Positions 23,932 through 37,100 of a stretch of 64,000 nt of DNA are shown in pieces. The first letter of the stretch is position 1; every line of letters starts with the position of its first letter. A program made the translations under genes and the position numbers. Under the pieces are notes generated by a model, which saw only the letters and a program-made list of their open reading frames with translations, made no database searches and was not told the origin of the DNA. Source of the stretch: Magallana gigas (taxonomy: Eukaryota); assembly GCF_963853765.1 (NCBI RefSeq), contig NC_088858.1, positions 47,244,001-47,308,000 on the forward strand, in the 5' to 3' direction.

Positions 23932-26900
23932 ATGGAGTCTCTAATTTCGAATTGTGACTTCTCCAATGTAAACGATTTTACAACTAATGAGTTTCGGAGA
24001 GAAAAGACAAGATACAAGGAACAGTTATCTTCCCTTGATTATGTTGGGATTCTAAACATCGTTAAGGCATTTCGGAACAAAGTATGTGTTCGTGGATTTC
24101 CCGGAGTTCGATCTCCTGGTTCTGGATATGCTGACCTAATACTGACTACTATCCTACAGACAATAAGGTATTGAGTCTCATTATAGTTTCATTTTTATCA
24201 TATCTTACATACATTTATAGATTAATTTGTCGCGACGGCTGGTTTGAAATTAACAAGGGCAATGTTATACTTCATCCATTGCAGATGGAAAGTTGAAGAA
24301 AACATTTTTTCATCCAAGGAGGTAGAAAACAGACTGTTGGATTTATATGTACAGGTGTTAAAATCAGGACCAGGTAGTGGCCATTGTGAGTTACTCCAAC
24401 TCATTACAAATCATCTAGAGATTCAGGTATATCTTTCTACAGTTTACTGGAAACAGTGATAATCAAACGTTAATAATAATTAATATTTACCTTCTGTTTA
24501 CTCTATTTGAACATATCGGAACTCCTTTCATCATGATTAAACAACAAATTTTCTGTAAGATTTTATAATCCTTAAGATACACGTAACAATGTTGAGTATA
24601 GTCCAAAAAAATCAGCTGCAGGTATCTTATATTTGAACCACGGGAACATGTACATTCGAAAAGAAATTGAAACAATTCACAGTGGCACAAAGTTAATTTA
24701 ATTATGAATCTCAACTTGACAAATACTGTCAGTATTATTTACTTTTAAACAGTGTTCCTCATTTTTATCAATCTTATATAATCCTTGTTTTTCATTTTTT
24801 TTTTCTTGATGTTCATGTCTTCTTTAATTCTGCTATCATTATTAGGATTTATATGGAGAAAGATTACAAAATATGATTGGTGGATTCAAGGCAATCTCCT
24901 ATGTAGAGGAGGGAAATGATTCTATATACATTGACACAGTCAACAGGGTGTATCCGGATCAACTCTCTACCTTGGTTATCAGGTACTACCGGTATTACAA
25001 TCATTTGATAAGTCCAATTTATTAGTAATTTCTTAACGAGGTTACACCTGGTACGCTGATGAACCTTTAGGGAGCCATCAATTTAACGTATTACACAATA
25101 CAGAAATCCATTTAAAATTCAGGAAAATGGTAAGTATATTCCTTGATTTAAGATTAACTGTTTATAAAACATTACGGTCATTTTTTTATGGACAGTGAAA
25201 TTTTTCTCAAAAATACTATAAAGGAGTTATGACAAAACGTCACTATTAATCAATAAAATATGTTGCAAGCAAGCAAAAACTACCATGGCCTGATGTCTTT
25301 ACGAGAAATTCATATTCAAAATAAGCAGGGTTTTGAATTGGCATTTTTTGATAGAAATAGAAAGTTTGAAATACATTTTTCTTAGTTTACATCTACTTTT
25401 ATGATTTTATCGCATTTGTGACACCAATCGTGGAACAGTGTCATATCACTCTAAGTTTAGAATCATCGGCAAGCATCAATATATTATCAGAATGGACAAT
25501 TTTCCCAAATGTCTCAATATCAGCAAAAAATTAGCTACGATAGTAATGGGTACAGTATCCACTTTTTAGCAGTACCGAAGAAAGTTATCAAAAAAATACG
25601 TTTAGGTACTAGTATGCTATCACAATAAATGTACCCAGATCATCAAGTCCTTGCTTCCTTGCTGTCCTGGCACAGTTCCACTTTTTGCAACAGTTATTTA
25701 AAAAGAGACGTTATGATGTGATTGCATAGCAAGAAACATACTGGTTAGCCATAACATTATGTTATATAAGTCTCAGACTTGCAGATTTGAGCCTCTGCAT
25801 TTACAAAGTACATGAACAAATTATAAACAGATTCAAAGATACACAAACCGTTGCATAAAAACTATAAAAAGTTACGTATAAAAATTTTAAAATGTTTTAT
25901 ATATTAGCATTTGTAAAATGGAAAAAAAAACCATTGTATTATTTACTGCATTATAATTCTATTTGAACTATGATTTGAGGAGTCATAAACAGGATAGATT
26001 GAGGTCACCCGAAGTTCATCACGCCTTAATGGACCTGTTCGTGTTTTACCTGGTCCAGTTACCTCATGTGCCTGATACTCTACGGACAGTCTTGATCAGG
26101 GCTCAACACAACATTTGCAAGGCTTATCATATGGAGCCATTCTGTGTGAGTTCTCATGTGATACAATTCCAAATGTTAAACCATTGTTTTTACTTTTTTA
26201 ATCGGAATAAGAGAAAAACTATGGTAGGAACATTTTGTATTTCAATAAAATAAATCACTTATTAAAAAACAATAAATTCATTATTAAACGTGTTTGTTAA
26301 CATAGTTTAATTTTGTGTTATTGAAAATAGAAAAGGGTTATATTTATCAGCTACTGAAGATTCAACTAAACAATCCTCATATAATTAATTGATCTTCACA
26401 TTAGTTTAGAAATTGAATAAAGTAATTAGCTGTATGGGTCTTATTTAAATTTGTTACACTTACAAGCATTACTTAAATTGAAATTTTTGTGATTTTATAA
26501 ATTATTTATTGTCTCATATTTTTGCTCCTATGTAGTAGTTGGTATAAAATATAATGGTTATCGTGAATTATTTACATTAAATTTTGAAAAGGGTCATGTT
26601 TGCTTTTAGGGAATACAAGATATTGATTTCTATCGCTCGCAGCTTTTACGAGTTGTTGATTTCATCAAGGATTCCAATTTCCCTCAAAATAGACAAATTT
26701 GTGAGACCACGTATCAAAGGCTTCCAAATGTTCTGCAAATAAAGTATGAAAATTTGTATACTTATCTCAGTTTGTACAGGCACGTAGCATCGGGGGGGGG
26801 GGGGGGGGGGGGGGGTTAGGGGGGCCTGCCCCCCCCCCCCCCCCACTTTTTCTCGCAACAATTAATTTTTTTAAATTGACATATAAAAAATTAAATTATC

Positions 26901-29900
26901 ATGGAGTTGCCCCCCCCCCCCCCCCCCCCCGATAAGGATTTTGAAGATTTTATGAAAGTCTTATTTACCCTTTTTTTTTTAAATTTTTTTTTTTTTTTTT
27001 TTTGGCTTGTCAAGTTTTTTGGATGAGTCTGGCCCCCCCCCCCACTTTCAAAAACGATGCTAGGTGCCTGTTGTATACGATGAATGTTTTACAACAAGCA
27101 TTGTAAAGATAGAGTTTGCAGCATTTCACAGTAGCAGTATTTTGTTTTTCAACTTACCACATTTAATTGTTTTGCAGGGATGGGAAGATGATTGCTGAAG
27201 TCTACGCAGATATTTGTCAGCTTCTGAAGGAGATAAGTTTGAAGCGTCTGACAGGAGAGGATACAGATTTACTGAAGAAACTCGATTGTTTCTACAAGGG
27301 GATCCCAGAAGAGTGTTTTAAGGTTGGAAGAAATAAAGTATTTAGTAGTCAATTAATATCCAAAATTTGAGCCATCAATTATCAATACTTAAGAGCATTT
27401 GTAATGATTGTAACGTCACAAATCGCTGTATTTTTTAAATCAAACAATAATCTTTTTCTATATCTATGTAAAATAAATGTCTAAAATTCATATTTGATAT
27501 CATAATATGACGATAAAAATGGAAATTAAGAAGCGACAACCCCTGTTCTTTCAAATAGAATCCACATATGTTTGAGAAATGGGCTGTGACAGCTCAAGAG
27601 ATACTGGAGAAATCTCCATGTGAAAAGATAATAGGGAACGAGCTGGCATATACCACCGACAGATTTGCCGATATTCTAAAACCAAAGTAAGAATGGATTC
27701 TACATACACATACAAAGTAGTAACGCTTATACATTAACAGATTTTTGTTGAAGGTTCTAGCTATGCTTGTAAAAGTTGAAACAAGGTTGTCTGAAATGTA
27801 TGTGAAGTTATCATCAAGAATATATTAATTTTTTTCAGTGCAAATTTGGGAAAGATTTGGCTGTCTGTCATCGTTGGATTTTGTGGATGGGTTCATGAAA
27901 AACTAATGAGAGCCGGAGAAAGAACTCTAAGCACGAATCAGTGGAAAAGTTACTGGAAATGGAAAGTAAATGGCCCTGACAATTTTTAAAACCAAATTAA
28001 ATTATTTTTATATGAAATACTTAATAAATGAAACTTTATTTTTCGATACTTACATATGATTATGATGAGTACGTAAAATCCTTTTAGCTCAGAAAAATCG
28101 TATCTCCGATAATGGTTATTGTATTACATGTAAAAAAAAAAAAGAAGTATTTCCTATATTTCTGAATATTGTGCAAATATTTTGAATTTTTGAAATTTAC
28201 TTTCAGGAAAACATATCTAAAGCAAAGGCAATGATTATAGCCCTTACGAATGCGGATTATTCCTCTGTTGAAAATGCTGCAGAGTACTCTTCCAGTGCCG
28301 AGTCATTCCTGAAGAAACTCGTAGATCAGTTAATGTAGGAATCTATGGTCTTCTGATTCTGTCCAAAATAAATTGTATAAACTACATGTCGCGCTAATTT
28401 ACGATAACAATTTATTATTTGGATATTTGTTTATATTATTTGCATGGGAAAATTTGAAAACGGGAGATTTATTTCTCAGACTTGTGAAAGTGTTTAAGAA
28501 TGTCGAGGTGGAAGTAGCAGAGCTAGCCATGGTTACCATGGAAGCATTTGGAAAGGGGATAGCCGTGGATAGACTATGCAGAACAGCTAGCGTAAAGATG
28601 TCATTAACGGTATGTTTCAAATATTGAAAATGTAAAACCTGCACACGTGGTTGTGTGTATCCTTTTATGAAATGTATGCTGCAGCATTTGTTTGGTGAAC
28701 TAATATTTACAAGACATTAAAAAACAAGTACTATATAATCATACTTATATCTACATATACACATATTGAGTTTGCTAAAAACATTGCTGTATGCAGTGAT
28801 TATTTCTTATTTTTTGTGATTTGTGTATGATATTTTGTTTGATTTGAAACGTTGGAATTAATTAGATTCTTATCCTTTCCTTTTTAGTTTGACATATATA
28901 TACTTTTTATGACAAATCGTTCAGTAGAAATCATTTTAGAAATATTTCTAATCTTATTTTGATTGTAATTGAATTTTTGGTTTGTGGGTGGTGAGAAAAT
29001 AAGGCTTAATAGTATTTTGGGGGGTTTGTAATGATAAATATTTAGCGTTATTATCTATTTCAAATGAAAACTAACAGGAAACCAGCCTATTATTCATCTA
29101 TGTTGGGGGATTCCTTTACATTATGATGTCATATCATAAAGTTATATTTCTCAAGGTGAAAGTTTCTTTTAGTAGATGCACAGATATAATAGAAAAATTA
29201 AACTAAACTAGAATTAATAACCTAGAATAACTTTGTTTTGAAATTACTGATGACTGTAGTCAGTTGAAACAAATCTATCAACAATTCACTCTAAGATTTC
29301 ATTGTTTATATCTGACTTGATAGCCTATCTGAGTCCGAATGCTGCTGCCTGTTCATTAATGACTAATATTACTCAGGTGAGCATTATGGCCAATGGGTTT
29401 CTTGTTATATTTGATAGTGGGCAATTATGCACAATATCTATTTCAGAATAACAAGCACCTGATAAAGGGTTACCTAGAGAGGTTTCTGTGTCTCCTGAAG
29501 AATGAAGAGTTTGATTGGGATGGTGGTTGGATAACAAAAGCAGGGGTCGATTTCTTCAATAATCTCATCAAGTCATCCGCGTAAATGTTTAAATGATTTA
29601 CTGAAACACTGTTCATATATAGTACCCCTTTCTTGCGTTTGAAAATGCACTTTAAGGAAAAAATGTGTAAATATGCATTTTTTTCTTTCCGTCAAGTATT
29701 TTGACTTTCACATTTTCTACAAATTAGAATTTTTAATAACTGAAAATGAAAACAGTATTAAAAATCTTAAAAGTTTGAAAATTGATACTAAGCTTTATTT
29801 CAGTGGTGATGAGGTGCGTGACTTGGAAATGGACGAGGCGTTCATACAGGTATTCCTGTTCTGTCTGTCTGAGGACAGAGAATACATCAGTCTTCAGAGA

Positions 29901-32822
29901 CAGCATCTAAATGTCTTTGGATTGTTAGCAGTGGCTGGACTTCCACAATACACCACTCTGGTGAGGAAGAATACCGAATGATATTAAATGTTGATATCCC
30001 GATTGTTATTTAAATGTGCAGTCCACAAATCAAGTGGACTCTTAATACACTATTTCAATATTCATTTACAATGTAGTATTCTTTGTACATGTACCATGTA
30101 CAAAGAATAACTAAATTATAGGATCGCTGCTCGTAAGTTTTTTCTTTAAATAATTTTAATTAGTCAAATCTGAGTAAACAAGCTCCGGTAATTCCCGATG
30201 GAACGGGATATTTATTTTTCTACATATATTAGAAAAAATAAAGCATTGGCAAAGAAAAAAACCAAAATGACATTAGTCATTTCAAAATATTAGACATCAT
30301 TCTAAATAATTATGAAGTTTTAAAGCTGTTTAATAAGTTTCTCTGCGACTTTCATATTTTCTCCTGAATCATTGCTTTATTTGAAAGAACCAGACTCTTA
30401 CCAAAGTTTTAATATTTAGAAATTTAGAATTAGAATTTAGTTTTTGAAAATTTTACAAAGAATCTTTTTAACTTCAATGCCAAAATTGGTGGATCAATTT
30501 CGCCAAACTTTGACCTACGAGTATCAGGAAGGGGTTCCAAAGTGCGGTTCAAGGTCATCGTTAGATAAGAAAAAATAATTATGTTTTCAACTGAAGAACA
30601 TGGAGATTTTTAAACTGTGTGGAATCATAGAACCAATTAAATCATCAAATACCTTTCCATTCCAGGTTAATAACATTTCTCATCTTAAAAATTAAAAACA
30701 GCAAATTGAATTTTAATGAAATGTACTGCACTCACCCTAATTGCCTAATACAAATGCATATTTTTAACACACAGCACACTGGGACGACAACAGTTGGACG
30801 GCTGAAGCCCCTGTTTCCTCACATCCAGCGGCTGATGGATGATGACGACGATACGATAAAGACAGTTATGAGGACAATTACTAGGGTCCTAGGGAGAGAA
30901 GAGACCCAGTTAATGGACACCCAGGGCATGGAGAACCTCATTAGTCTGTATATCAGGGAGAGGGATCTTGCCATACTTGGTGAGTGACATTGGTGTCTAA
31001 AATAGGAAATATCTGTTTTATTACGGGCCGCCGGAAGGCGGTCCGTTATTTGATACACATTTAAATATTGTTACTGCGTTTCTGCGGGATAGTTCATTTT
31101 TAGTAGAATTAATACTATGCTTTTTTTATGAATTAAAAGTAAATTTGTATGTAGAAATATGTTTTATGCCTTTTAGAAAATATCACATATTTTTTGTCTT
31201 ACTCGTAAATGAAAAGTAGGTCATACTTAGTAGATTGTCGTATTTGGCGCGTTTTTATCGAGACTATAATCTATTCGGAAAATTTCGGAGTTCTTCATTC
31301 TTTTCAAAACGGTATGCGGGACATACTAAAGACCTGAAATACTAAAGACCTGAATGTCATTAAATTTTATATAAATGATATATTTTAATTTCTATGTGTC
31401 GTGTCAAATAAAATGACTTTTGTATTTATTATATTTCCATGTAGAATGTGGTAGAAAATATCATGAAATGACATCATATTAATTATTTACGCAAGAATAA
31501 GACAGAAATGAAAATTTGAATTGACTGGAAAATTTGAACTAATCCATTTTTATTTTATTATGAGATCCCTTGAAATCATATATTAAGCTAATGCATTAAG
31601 TTTTCATTCAATACAATGCAACAACAAAAAACCCAAAATGGTTTGAAATACATAATCTCCAAGAGAAATTTTAAATGATGAGTTGAACTTTGTATTAGAG
31701 TAATGTACAAATCATTGTGTTCTCCACTACTTCATACTATGGCAATGATCATACAATTTCCGTTAGAAATGCTTACAGTAACGAAATCGATTCTTTGTGA
31801 TGATAGTAAAATGTTAAACTTCAAAACAAGTTGCTGAAAGTATATTAAAATTTACCATAAAAATTAGTACAACCAATTCTTATTTTCCTCTATGTGGTGT
31901 GTTTTTCTGTAAACAACCAATGATTCATACAACAATTATATATTTTGCGGCCCATTTGACGCTTGCGTCAATATGATTTCTTGTTTAGTATTTAATATGA
32001 GTCTAATATGGTGGCATAGATCGGCCATCACTTGTCAGATAATTATGTCGACTTGTCAGATGATTATGTAAACTTGTCAGATATTTATTTCGACTTATAT
32101 GATATAATGATGACAAGTAAATGGCAGTTAGTGGCACTAACACTCTTTGACAGCAAAATATTGAGTTCCTAGTCACTATGGTTATTTTCTGACAAGTCAA
32201 CATAAAGATCTGACAAGTTGACACAAATATCTGACAAGTCGACATTATCATATGAGAAGTTAACATAATTATCTGACAAGTGGTGGCAGATCTATGCCAC
32301 CATAGTCTGAATATCAAAGAGACTAATCCTTCTTGCTTAACTTGGTAAGTTACATTGGCATGCCTTTCAAGGTGATGACATTTGTTTTGTAACATCAGCC
32401 AGAATAGCAAAAATTCTGATCCCACCATAATGGATTATCATAAACGACAGTGGTCTTTGAGAAATTCGAAGAAAGATTGTGTGATACATGTTGCTTTTGA
32501 TGAGTTAGTCCAATCAGAGAGACCTTGTCATAACTACAAAGTGGCATAGTGTGCTCTTAGAAGGTAAAGTCAGGAACATAATATAGAAATATAGCGTTAT
32601 TTTGTTTTATTTGAAAAGTGCCATTGAAATGTCTAATTAAGCTGCGTCAGTCAATGGCATGTTGCTTAAAATATCAAGAATATCCATAAATTTCTCAGAA
32701 GAATTCTTATTTTAGTAAGAATAAGTAGGAATTCCCATGTCATATAAAGCCTTCTTCGTTGGACATGTACATGTTTATAATCCTAAATTACTTAGTATCT
32801 ATGAAATCTAAAATACCGTTTG

Positions 32823-32861
<39 letters not shown>

Positions 32862-33052
32862 ATTCTGATCACATTTTGTCCGTCTGTCTGTCCGTCTGTC
32901 CGTTTGTAAACTTTTCACATTTTGAACTTCTTCTCTAAAACCACTTAATAAACTTCAACCAAATTTGGCTCAAAGCATTCTTATGGAAAGATGAATATAA
33001 ATTGCAGAAATGAAAGAAAAATTTTCATTGAAAGCGGGGAAAACCTCAAAAC

Positions 33053-33098
<46 letters not shown>

Positions 33099-34091
33099 GC
33101 ATTTTAAAAAAATCTTCTTTTCAAGACCTACTGAGGCAAATTCAACGTAATTTAGCAGGAATAATCCTTATGGGAAGGAAAATATAAATTGCAAAAATTA
33201 TGGGCTAATTCTGTTTCAAATCTGAGTTATAACGAAAATAATAAGAAAGAAAAGGGGGGGGGGGTATACCTATACTTCCAAAAAAAAATCTTACCTACAA
33301 AGACTTTTTTCCCCCAAATCATGAAATTCCTAATCCAGGGGGGGGGGGGGGGGGCTACTATGCCTATGACTCCAACTTCTCAATCTTTAAAGGTAAATTT
33401 AGGAACAATTATCTTTGCTGCGAGAAAAAGTGGGGGGGCTGATTGGTATGTCCCTAATGGTTAAGTCTAACTTTGCAAAAAAAGTGGGGGGGGGGGGGGC
33501 TAAGCCCCCCTAGCCCCCCGGTTCCGACGCCTATAGGGTCGATCTGACAATGATGAATTTGTTTGTTGTGCAACAGTTCGTGTACGAAGGGAATCTTTGA
33601 AACATGCAAAATACATTGGTGCCGATTTTTGTTAAGTAAATTGAGGCCAAATATTTCAATGCATTGACAGTTTTCACATATGACGGTGGTGTTAGCTTGT
33701 TGTGATTTTCGTTTCGTTGTTTTCATTTATGCTTTGCGTTAACCTGGGAACTGTCGCTTGTATTTCCTGATTGTTACGTATCAAATCAAACAGAGACTTC
33801 GGTAAATCAAACAGTTTACTATTTATCTGCGCAAATTAAGCAACATCTGATGTATTAAGAAAGAACTAAAATGCAATTCATTCAGGCTATCGCTAATTCG
33901 GTATCATCTTTTGCGTAATGGTAGAATAATGCAATATGTTTTGTTGAGATGCTCGGCATTTTCTCGAGTTTATTCAGTTTAAATAGAGTTTAATATCGCT
34001 GACGGAAATATGTAGGTACATGTATATTATTACTTATTAGGTTAGTTACTGACTCACTACGGAAATATATTGGGTTGATCAAGCCGAGCCG

Positions 34092-34124
<33 letters not shown>

Positions 34125-37100
34125 AGTGAGTCAGTAACTAACCTAATAAGTGTTTTGTTTTGCCCGAGGACTATCAAGCGACATATTTATTCACAAATAG
34201 CGATGATCTACGCAAAACCATGTACAAGATGCTTAACATTTCGTCCAATTTAAGTTAAAAACCCATACACACTCTTCAAAATTTTCAATCTCACCTTTCA
34301 AATACTCTTTAAAAATCTTTGCTTCGCCCATGTTTACTTACAATGTTTTGTTGCTTTCAATTTTGAATGTATTTTCCCTTTTTCTGCAGAGATCTGAGCA
34401 AATTTTGACGCTGCCATTTTTTCTGCTCCAGACAAAACAATGTGACGTCAATATTCTAAGGGCAACTACTCTAATTTTAAAGAATTTCAAAGGGCAACTA
34501 CTCCAAATACTTTAAGAACTTACGGCATGCTGTTTATGTATTAAATATACTATGAAATGTCGAAATGAGTAAGCGAAGCGTCGGCCAATGACGGCCATAT
34601 TGCCTAATATTGATATATGAGGCAATCACTTGCTATGTTTAAACCAATGAAAGTGTGACATTTCAGTCCTAGGGAAAACAAACATGTATATGATTCGTTT
34701 TGAAAAATAAATTGTGTTCTTTATTTGTTATAGTGCATGTTTCTTGTGTTTAATTGTTTAGAATTTCTATCTACTTACCATATTTGAGTGTTAAGCTTCG
34801 AATTATAAGCAAGATACAGAGGTTTGCTCATACACAGATCTGAGGCCATTCATTTTTTTCCATTTTAAATGCCGAATAGGAAATACCAAGTTAAAAATCT
34901 TAAGCTGAATGTAATAAACTCATGTGAACAAAATATGACTCAAAACTAGCAAAATTTTTAGCTCATCTTGCTTATAATTCTACGATTGACGCTGAAATTT
35001 TGGTTGATCATTAGAAATTCTATATGAATTAGAGTATGTTAAATACTTGTACAAAAAAAAATTAAAGAATGATATGCTGTATATAACTACTCTCTGGGGC
35101 CCCCTCTTTATACAATGAATAATATAAAATGTGAGTAAATAAAAACGACATCGTTAAAACAGTTTCCATAGTTCTGACACATTTCTGTTGCGGGGATAAA
35201 AGAATTATCGCTATTCCTAAGAAAATCTTACAGCGGAAAATTATCCTGGTTTGTAGCTATTTGTTATTTTTGAATAAAAATGAAAATAATAGGTGGGCCA
35301 TAGTAAATTAGAGTGATGCGTCTGTCAATATGGTAACATTGATTTTTATAGCTCTTTAACATGTCACGTGACAATTTTTCATTCCAGTGTATTCATCAAT
35401 CAAGTGTGAGTAAAGTTATAAAAGTTACGAGTTTACGCGAGGTAAACAACAGTCATTTAATTATAATGGAGAAGACAAATTAAATTGTTGAATATTTTTG
35501 ATTTGAGAAATTGAGCGCATTGAGGTGCAATTTTCTTCTTCACATATATACATGTAGGATTTTTTTGATAAAATACAATAACTATTGTATTTTAAAAAAA
35601 AAAATACAATAACTAGTAAGTAGTTCAGGAAGAAAATGTACCTATATGCTGTCATATATTTTGATCGCTTTATGAAGTGGGGGAGGGGGGCAGAACGAAA
35701 ATACAGGGAATTAGAAGTTATATAACAGTGTACCCCTACCAAATATTTACGTCTATATCTTGCGTAGGATTTTCTTATTCTGTGTAAAAACAGTATTTCA
35801 TGAAGGTACAATGTCGAAGATTACGTGTATGCAAAAATAAGTGTAAAATTCGAATACTTTACAATATTTATTTTTTTGTTATTCTACCGAGGGCCATCTG
35901 GCACAATATTTTTGAACGCCCATTGTTGCTCAGGTGAGCGATGTGGCCCCATGGGCCTCTTGTTTCCAGTTATTCTAGCTGATTTTTTATTAAAGGTTTT
36001 AAAATAAGGTTGGAATTTATAAAAATAGCGCTAGAACCTGACATCGAAATTATTTCAATTAGTTCGTGTCACTTACATCTAAAATGCAAAACGATGACAT
36101 GAATTGGTATCATATTTGATGCATGGTAGTAGAAATCTCTGATTGTTCTCATGGACTGAGACCCTAATCCGAGTCTTCTGTTTTAGATGCCATATCTTCT
36201 GGATACGAGGGTCACTCTGAAACACTAGCTTCCCAGTTCCTTCCTTTGATCAAAGCATGTACACAGAAAACTCAAACCAATGAGATAGAGATGCAGACAA
36301 TGTTCCTGAAAAAAGTCGCAGAAAAACAGCCAGAGGTAAGATGGTTATTCAATGTTAAGTTTCATAACGTATGAACTTTATTAAAGTTAAGAAATTATCT
36401 TATAGGTTTATTAGGAATATAAAATAGTGAAAGATACAAAGATGTCTGATTGAACTAATAGTGATCAGATTCATTCTCAGATTAAGTAAAAAGACTAAAG
36501 AAATATTTACTGAATGGATTTGTCATCGATGAAAAAATTATTGATACCATTAAAAGCAGCTCTATTTCATTGTGACTGATCAATTTTGAAACACCAAATT
36601 ATTCCATTCATAGATATTTACAAAAGAACCTCTTGATCTTATTTTCAAACATCACTTCATGGAAAAAAATGCCAACCCTCAAGTCCTTATGGTACTGGAT
36701 GTTGTATCCAAATCACATGCAGAAAACCTGGAACCTTATGTCGAGAGTCATCTGATGAAGACTGATTTAATGATGGAACTTATGGCTCATTATCAGTTCA
36801 ACATTTTAATCCGGATAGCAGCCAAATGCAATGTATGTCTACAGTATAATCTCGAGAATAATGATTTGGTTTTGTTTTATTATTTTAACAATTAAAAATG
36901 AGGTTATATAGATATCATTTAAGCATTGAGTGTTTACTGTGTGAGGAAATGAAATCGTTTATTCACTTTGATTGTAGAATAAGCAAAGCCTTGTATATTC
37001 CTATTTGATGAAACGCCTAAAGGAATCTAATATTGAGCAAGTTCAAAGTGCATGTATACAAGGATTGCGGGAAATGCATTCAGTCTTTGGAAAATATATA

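Noticed and set aside
26790-27045. Long G and C runs as functional G-quadruplexes (also 33330-33520 and 47605-47635)
   Set aside because: They are internal to a common MITE type, and homopolymer lengths are unreliable in assemblies
32003-32428. 141-aa ORF with STCQI repeats
   Set aside because: Product of the MITE subterminal repeats
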